A DNA stretch of 44,037 bases from a virus. Where the stretch lies: IMG/VR virus record IMGVR_UViG_3300037258_000330, positions 1 to 44,037 of that record; one strand, 5' to 3'. The notes under the pieces were generated by a model. That model saw only the letters and a list, made by a program, of their open reading frames with translations, did no database searches and was not told the origin of the DNA. Each line of letters begins with the position of its first letter. The first letter of the stretch is position 1. The position numbers and the translations under genes are program-made. This document shows, piece by piece, positions 41,419 through 44,037 of the stretch.

Positions 41419-42075
41419 ATGAAACTGACCTTCAGGCGATCGCGAAAAATCGGCGACCCCAACTACGGCTCGACGGGGATCGAGTTTGAGCTCGAGGCCC
41501 AGGTCGACGACGAGCTCATGTACGACGAGCCGGACAAATTCGCCGAAACGGTCAAACACCATTTCGCCGTCTGCGACCGTATGCTCGAGTGCGAGCTCGC
41601 CCGGATCTACTCGAGCCGGACGACCACCGCCGCCGGCGCCCTGGTCCGGCCGCCGGCCGAGCGGAACGGCCACACCGACGGCGACCGAGCGATCGAGGAC
41701 GCCCGCCAGCGGACCGAGCCGGCCGGCGCCGAACGCAACGGCCACACGAAGGAGCGCCACGAGTGGTCGAGCCGGCAGTCGTCCGGCGGCCGCGACGACC
41801 GGGACCGGGATCGGGACCGTGGTGGCGATCGCGATCGCGGCCGGGACCGCGGCCGGTCGAACGACCGGCAGAGCGGCGGGCCGGCGCCGCGGAACGGCAA
41901 GGGCCTGTTCGCGTGGGGCAAGGAGATGGAGGAGAAGGGTTACGGGGGCATGGTGACTCGGTTGCAGGCGTACGCACGCGGCCAGGGCTATCCCTTCAAA
42001 TTCTCCGAGTGCTCGCGCGATGAGATCGCGGACATCTATCGCGAGGGCCTGCGTCTCCTCGACGAGTCCGACTGA
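41419..42075 (+). CDS. Hypothetical protein with central Arg/Asp/Gly low-complexity tract
   Basis: GGAG is 8 nt upstream. Contains GGRDDRDRDRDRGGDRDRGRDRGRSNDRQSGG and a duplicated ERNGHT. Confidence 0.7.
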   Translation: MKLTFRRSRKIGDPNYGSTGIEFELEAQVDDELMYDEPDKFAETVKHHFAVCDRMLECELARIYSSRTTTAAGALVRPPAERNGHTDGDRAIEDARQRTEPAGAERNGHTKERHEWSSRQSSGGRDDRDRDRDRGGDRDRGRDRGRSNDRQSGGPAPRNGKGLFAWGKEMEEKGYGGMVTRLQAYARGQGYPFKFSECSRDEIADIYREGLRLLDESD

Positions 42076-42165
42076 TCCGTCCAACCCAGGCCGAAACCCG
42101 CAGGGATGCGGGTCTCGCGGTGAGTGCCGCGACTGACGAGGCCCGTACACACGAGGGACCAATCA

Positions 42166-42456
42166 ATGGGCAAGAAAACGGAAACCAACGGCGACGGTCG
42201 GCCCGTGATCGTTTGCACCGAGCACCGGGGCGTGTTTTTCGGCTACGCAGGCGACACGAGCGGCGACGTGATCGCGCTCAAGCGGGCCCGGATGGCGATC
42301 TACTTCGGCACCACCCGGGGCGTGATGCAGTTGGCCGAGACCGGGCCGACGGCGAACTCCAAGATCTCCGCGCGTGCCGACCTGGAAGTCCGCAAGATCA
42401 CCGCCGTGATGGAGGTGGCGGCGCCCGCCGTCGAGGCGTGGGAGAAAGCCTCATGA
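42166..42456 (+). CDS. Conserved-phage-family-like small protein (96 aa)
   Basis: GAGGGA is upstream. The pattern VIVCTEHRGVFFGY...VIALKRARMAIYFG...GVMQLAETGP...SKIS resembles a widespread phage protein family (V-V-R-x-AGV-F-G ... ARR-WYW ... LA-x-G). The family name is not verifiable here. Confidence 0.65.
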   Translation: MGKKTETNGDGRPVIVCTEHRGVFFGYAGDTSGDVIALKRARMAIYFGTTRGVMQLAETGPTANSKISARADLEVRKITAVMEVAAPAVEAWEKAS

Positions 42457-42875
42457 GCTGGTGTGACTACCGGCCGGTCGTGACCGTCGTTGACGTCCTC
42501 GAGACGAAGGCCTGCTATTCCGGCGTGATTGACTGGATCAGCCGGCACGACAGGCTGATCAGTGCGCCGACGGACCAATTTGCGAACCGCTACGTCAACA
42601 CCGCCGCCCGCGCTGACGGCTCCGGCTCCGGCTACGGCGACGGCTCCGGCTCCGGCTACGGCGACGGCTCCGGCTACGGCTACGGCGACGGCTCCGGCTC
42701 CGGCGACGGCTCCGGCTACGGCTACGGCGACGGCTCCGGCTCCGGCTCCGGCTACGGCGACGGCTCCGGCTACGGCTCCGGCTACGGCTCCGGCTACGGC
42801 GACGGCTCCGGCTACGGCTCCGGCTACGGCTCCGGCTACGGCGACGGCTCCGGCTACGGCTCCGGCTCCGACTGA
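42453..42875 (+). CDS. Protein with N-terminal Cys-containing domain and a C-terminal (G-S/Y/D) repeat tail
   Basis: ATGA overlap with the upstream gene. MSWCDYRPVVTVVDVLETKACYSGVIDWISRH is followed by DGSGSGYGDGSGYGYGDGSG... Confidence 0.7.
   Translation: MSWCDYRPVVTVVDVLETKACYSGVIDWISRHDRLISAPTDQFANRYVNTAARADGSGSGYGDGSGSGYGDGSGYGYGDGSGSGDGSGYGYGDGSGSGSGYGDGSGYGSGYGSGYGDGSGYGSGYGSGYGDGSGYGSGSD
42615..42872 (+). repeat. Tandem 6-nt/18-nt coding microsatellite (GGCTCC / GGCTAC / GGCGAC units)
   Basis: About 43 consecutive hexamer units read directly. All are in frame with 42453..42875. Confidence 0.95.
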
Positions 42876-42904
42876 TTGACGTCCGTCCGCAATCGCAGTA
42901 TCTT
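42876..42904 (+). promoter_or_regulatory. Promoter-like element TTGACG-17-TATCTT immediately after the stop codon
   Basis: -35 is at 42876-42881 and -10 at 42899-42904. It has the same -35 hexamer as the other two promoters. Confidence 0.4.
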
Positions 42905-42910
42905 CACCGA

Positions 42911-43014
42911 ATCGTAAGGGGGCTAGTAACCCCTCGACCGTACACGGCCCCGCAAGGGGCAGTGAATCCGCCCTTCCCGGTAGTACTAGCTACCGGGCGG
43001 GGCGTTTTTCTTTT
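42911..43014 (+). ncRNA. Candidate ~100-nt structured RNA (three hairpins ending in an intrinsic terminator), or a structured 3' UTR
   Basis: Hairpin 1 is 42917-42934. Hairpin 2 is 42947-42960 with a GCAA tetraloop. Hairpin 3 is the terminator. No ORF is present. Confidence 0.3.
42969..43014 (+). terminator. Rho-independent terminator
   Basis: CCCGGTAG / CTACCGGG 8-bp core stem extended by CCGCCC/GGGGCG, followed by TTTTTCTTTT. Confidence 0.75.
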
Positions 43015-43083
43015 ACGCACCAGGCTGACAGCGGACCACACACCAAATGTCTCCGCTGGCGGCCGCTGAAGAAACCGAGCGAA

Positions 43084-43365
43084 ATGCCCAACTCGACGCC
43101 CCATCGCAACGCGCACGCGTTGCCGAACGGAAACCGCGCGCCTCAAGAGCGGTCCCGTCGCGAGTCCAAGACAGGCGGTTACATCAGCGACGCTAGGTGT
43201 CGCCGGCTGTATCTCAAGGCCCAGGGCCGCATGATCACCGATCGCGAGCACGCCCTGTTCCTCGAAAAGCATCGCGCTTTCCTCCGCGACGTCTTCGCTG
43301 ACACCTTCCTCGACGGCGTCATCGCCGATCACGATCCCGCGGCCGATCTGACGGAGGACGAGTAG
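43084..43365 (+). CDS. Hypothetical protein (93 aa) immediately upstream of the initiator gene
   Basis: High GC3 throughout. The TAG stop abuts the next ATG. Confidence 0.55.
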   Translation: MPNSTPHRNAHALPNGNRAPQERSRRESKTGGYISDARCRRLYLKAQGRMITDREHALFLEKHRAFLRDVFADTFLDGVIADHDPAADLTEDE

Positions 43366-44037
43366 ATGGCGTCTTCCCGAGCGATCCACCGGCTCGAGGT
43401 CCTGGTCGATCTCCAGCTCGACGGCCGTCTGTCCGCGACCGCGCGCCTGATCCTCGGCTCACTCCCCCCGCTGGCCGGCGGGGGGGTGGTGAGCCCGACC
43501 GACCGCGAGCTGGCCGAGCTGCACGGCTGCTCCGAGCGAACCGTCCGGTCGGCACTCGCCGCCGGCGTCCGCGCCGGCTGGATCCGCCGGCTCACCCGGG
43601 CCGAGGCTATGGCCGAGCGCCTGGTTCCCCGGGAAGCGGCAAAAGGCCGCCGGTACCTGGTGCTCCTGTGGGTGGTCGAGGCCCGCGAGCCGGCAACTTT
43701 CTGCCGGCAACTTCCTGCCGCTTCCCCGTTGGCTACCGGCAGGAAGTTGCCGGCTCCCACCGAGTTGCCGGCAGAAAGTTGCCGCCCCCTCGCGTGTGCG
43801 CCCGTTTCGAACCCCTCTTTACGAACGAAGAGAGAAGAACGTACGAGCGATTTCTCTCCCCCCGTGGGAATGCCGCCCTTGACCGGGTGCAGTCCCGCGA
43901 CCAAGCGCCTGTTTGCCGCCCAGTTTGAGCGGACGCGCGCCGAGGAGTCTCAGCCGGGCTACACGCCCCCGCCGCCGCCCTGGTGGGAGACCCGTCGCCC
44001 CCCGACGCCGGCGCCGACGCGCCGGATGAAGGTCGAG
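43366..44037 (+). CDS. 5' part of the junction-spanning replication-initiator-like gene (wHTH N-terminal domain; continues at position 128 after collapsing the overlap)
   Basis: The ATG at 43366 opens a frame with no stop to the window end (hand-translated). Contains ARLILGSL...VSPTDRELAELHGCSERTVRSALAAGVRAGWIRR. It is absent from the ORF track because it runs off the end. Confidence 0.7.
   Translation, partial: MASSRAIHRLEVLVDLQLDGRLSATARLILGSLPPLAGGGVVSPTDRELAELHGCSERTVRSALAAGVRAGWIRRLTRAEAMAERLVPREAAKGRRYLVLLWVVEAREPATFCRQLPAASPLATGRKLPAPTELPAESCRPLACAPVSNPSLRTKREERTSDFSPPVGMPPLTGCSPATKRLFAAQFERTRAEESQPGYTPPPPPWWETRRPPTPAPTRRMKVE
43690..43784. repeat. Iteron cluster: CCGGCAACTT(T/C)CTGCCG twice direct and twice inverted, plus one extra half-site
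   Basis: Direct copies are at 43690-43707 and 43704-43720. Inverted copies are at 43737-43753 and 43768-43784. The half-site AGTTGCCGG is at 43763-43771. Copy 1 is the reverse complement of copy 4, and copy 2 of copy 3. Confidence 0.9.

Larger units (their letters stand above)
1..44037. mobile_element. Complete temperate tailed-phage genome (siphovirus-like), circularly closed; unit length 43,910 bp
   Basis: Bases 1-127 are identical to 43911-44037. Integrase plus attP, TerS/TerL, portal, HK97-type protease and capsid, G/GT chaperones and tape measure are all present. No host housekeeping genes are visible. Confidence 0.9.

Noticed and set aside
41023-42162. 379-aa minus-strand ORF and other Arg-rich ORFs across 40815-42023
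   Set aside because: They are antisense to well-formed plus-strand genes that have RBSs and ATGA coupling. Their composition is dominated by Arg/Pro/Gly/Ala.
42615-42872. Repeat array as a CRISPR-like or non-coding satellite
   Set aside because: The units are 6 nt with no spacers. They are perfectly in frame with an upstream coding domain and end at a stop codon. No cas genes are present.

Overview
The window is one complete, circularly closed genome of a temperate tailed phage with a siphovirus-type gene set. Bases 1-127 are identical to 43911-44037, so the unit length is 43,910 bp. GC is visibly high (about two-thirds by eye, not computed), and that creates many long spurious ORFs in the six-frame track.

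Layout:
- A replication-initiator gene reads through the circular junction (43366 -> 496). It carries an iteron cluster plus an AT-richer patch inside the coding region, like lambda ori inside gene O.
- attP at about 532-633 contains the 3' half of a tRNA-Asp(GUC). A tyrosine integrase (746..1756) sits next to it.
- An RHH gene is divergent from a plus-strand early operon (2095-7562). That operon includes a Dam-type methyltransferase and an 896-aa orphan protein.
- A plus-strand accessory block (7832-9953) starts with a GspG/type IV pilin-like prepilin.
- One long minus-strand operon (38117 down to 9907) encodes regulators, a lysis-like cassette with a matrixin-type metzincin, TerS/TerL, portal, a SEC-C miniprotein, a MuF/gp7 protein fused to an HExxH domain, HK97-type protease and capsid, a 1761-aa fibre/glycosidase-like giant, connectors, tail tube, G/GT chaperones with a CCCAAAA -1 slip site, tape measure and a small cysteine-rich tail tip.
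- A lower-GC plus-strand three-gene cassette (38443-39340) sits behind a near-consensus promoter flanked by two palindromic repeats and ends in a small XRE HTH. This is the architecture of anti-CRISPR/aca-like anti-defence operons.
- A divergent control region lies at 40545-40805, followed by an early plus operon (40806-42875) and a possible small RNA plus terminator (42911-43014).

The host is probably a planctomycete-like, high-GC bacterium. That is inferred from the pilin leader style and composition only. Functions were assigned from motifs I could read in the translations. No database search was possible.
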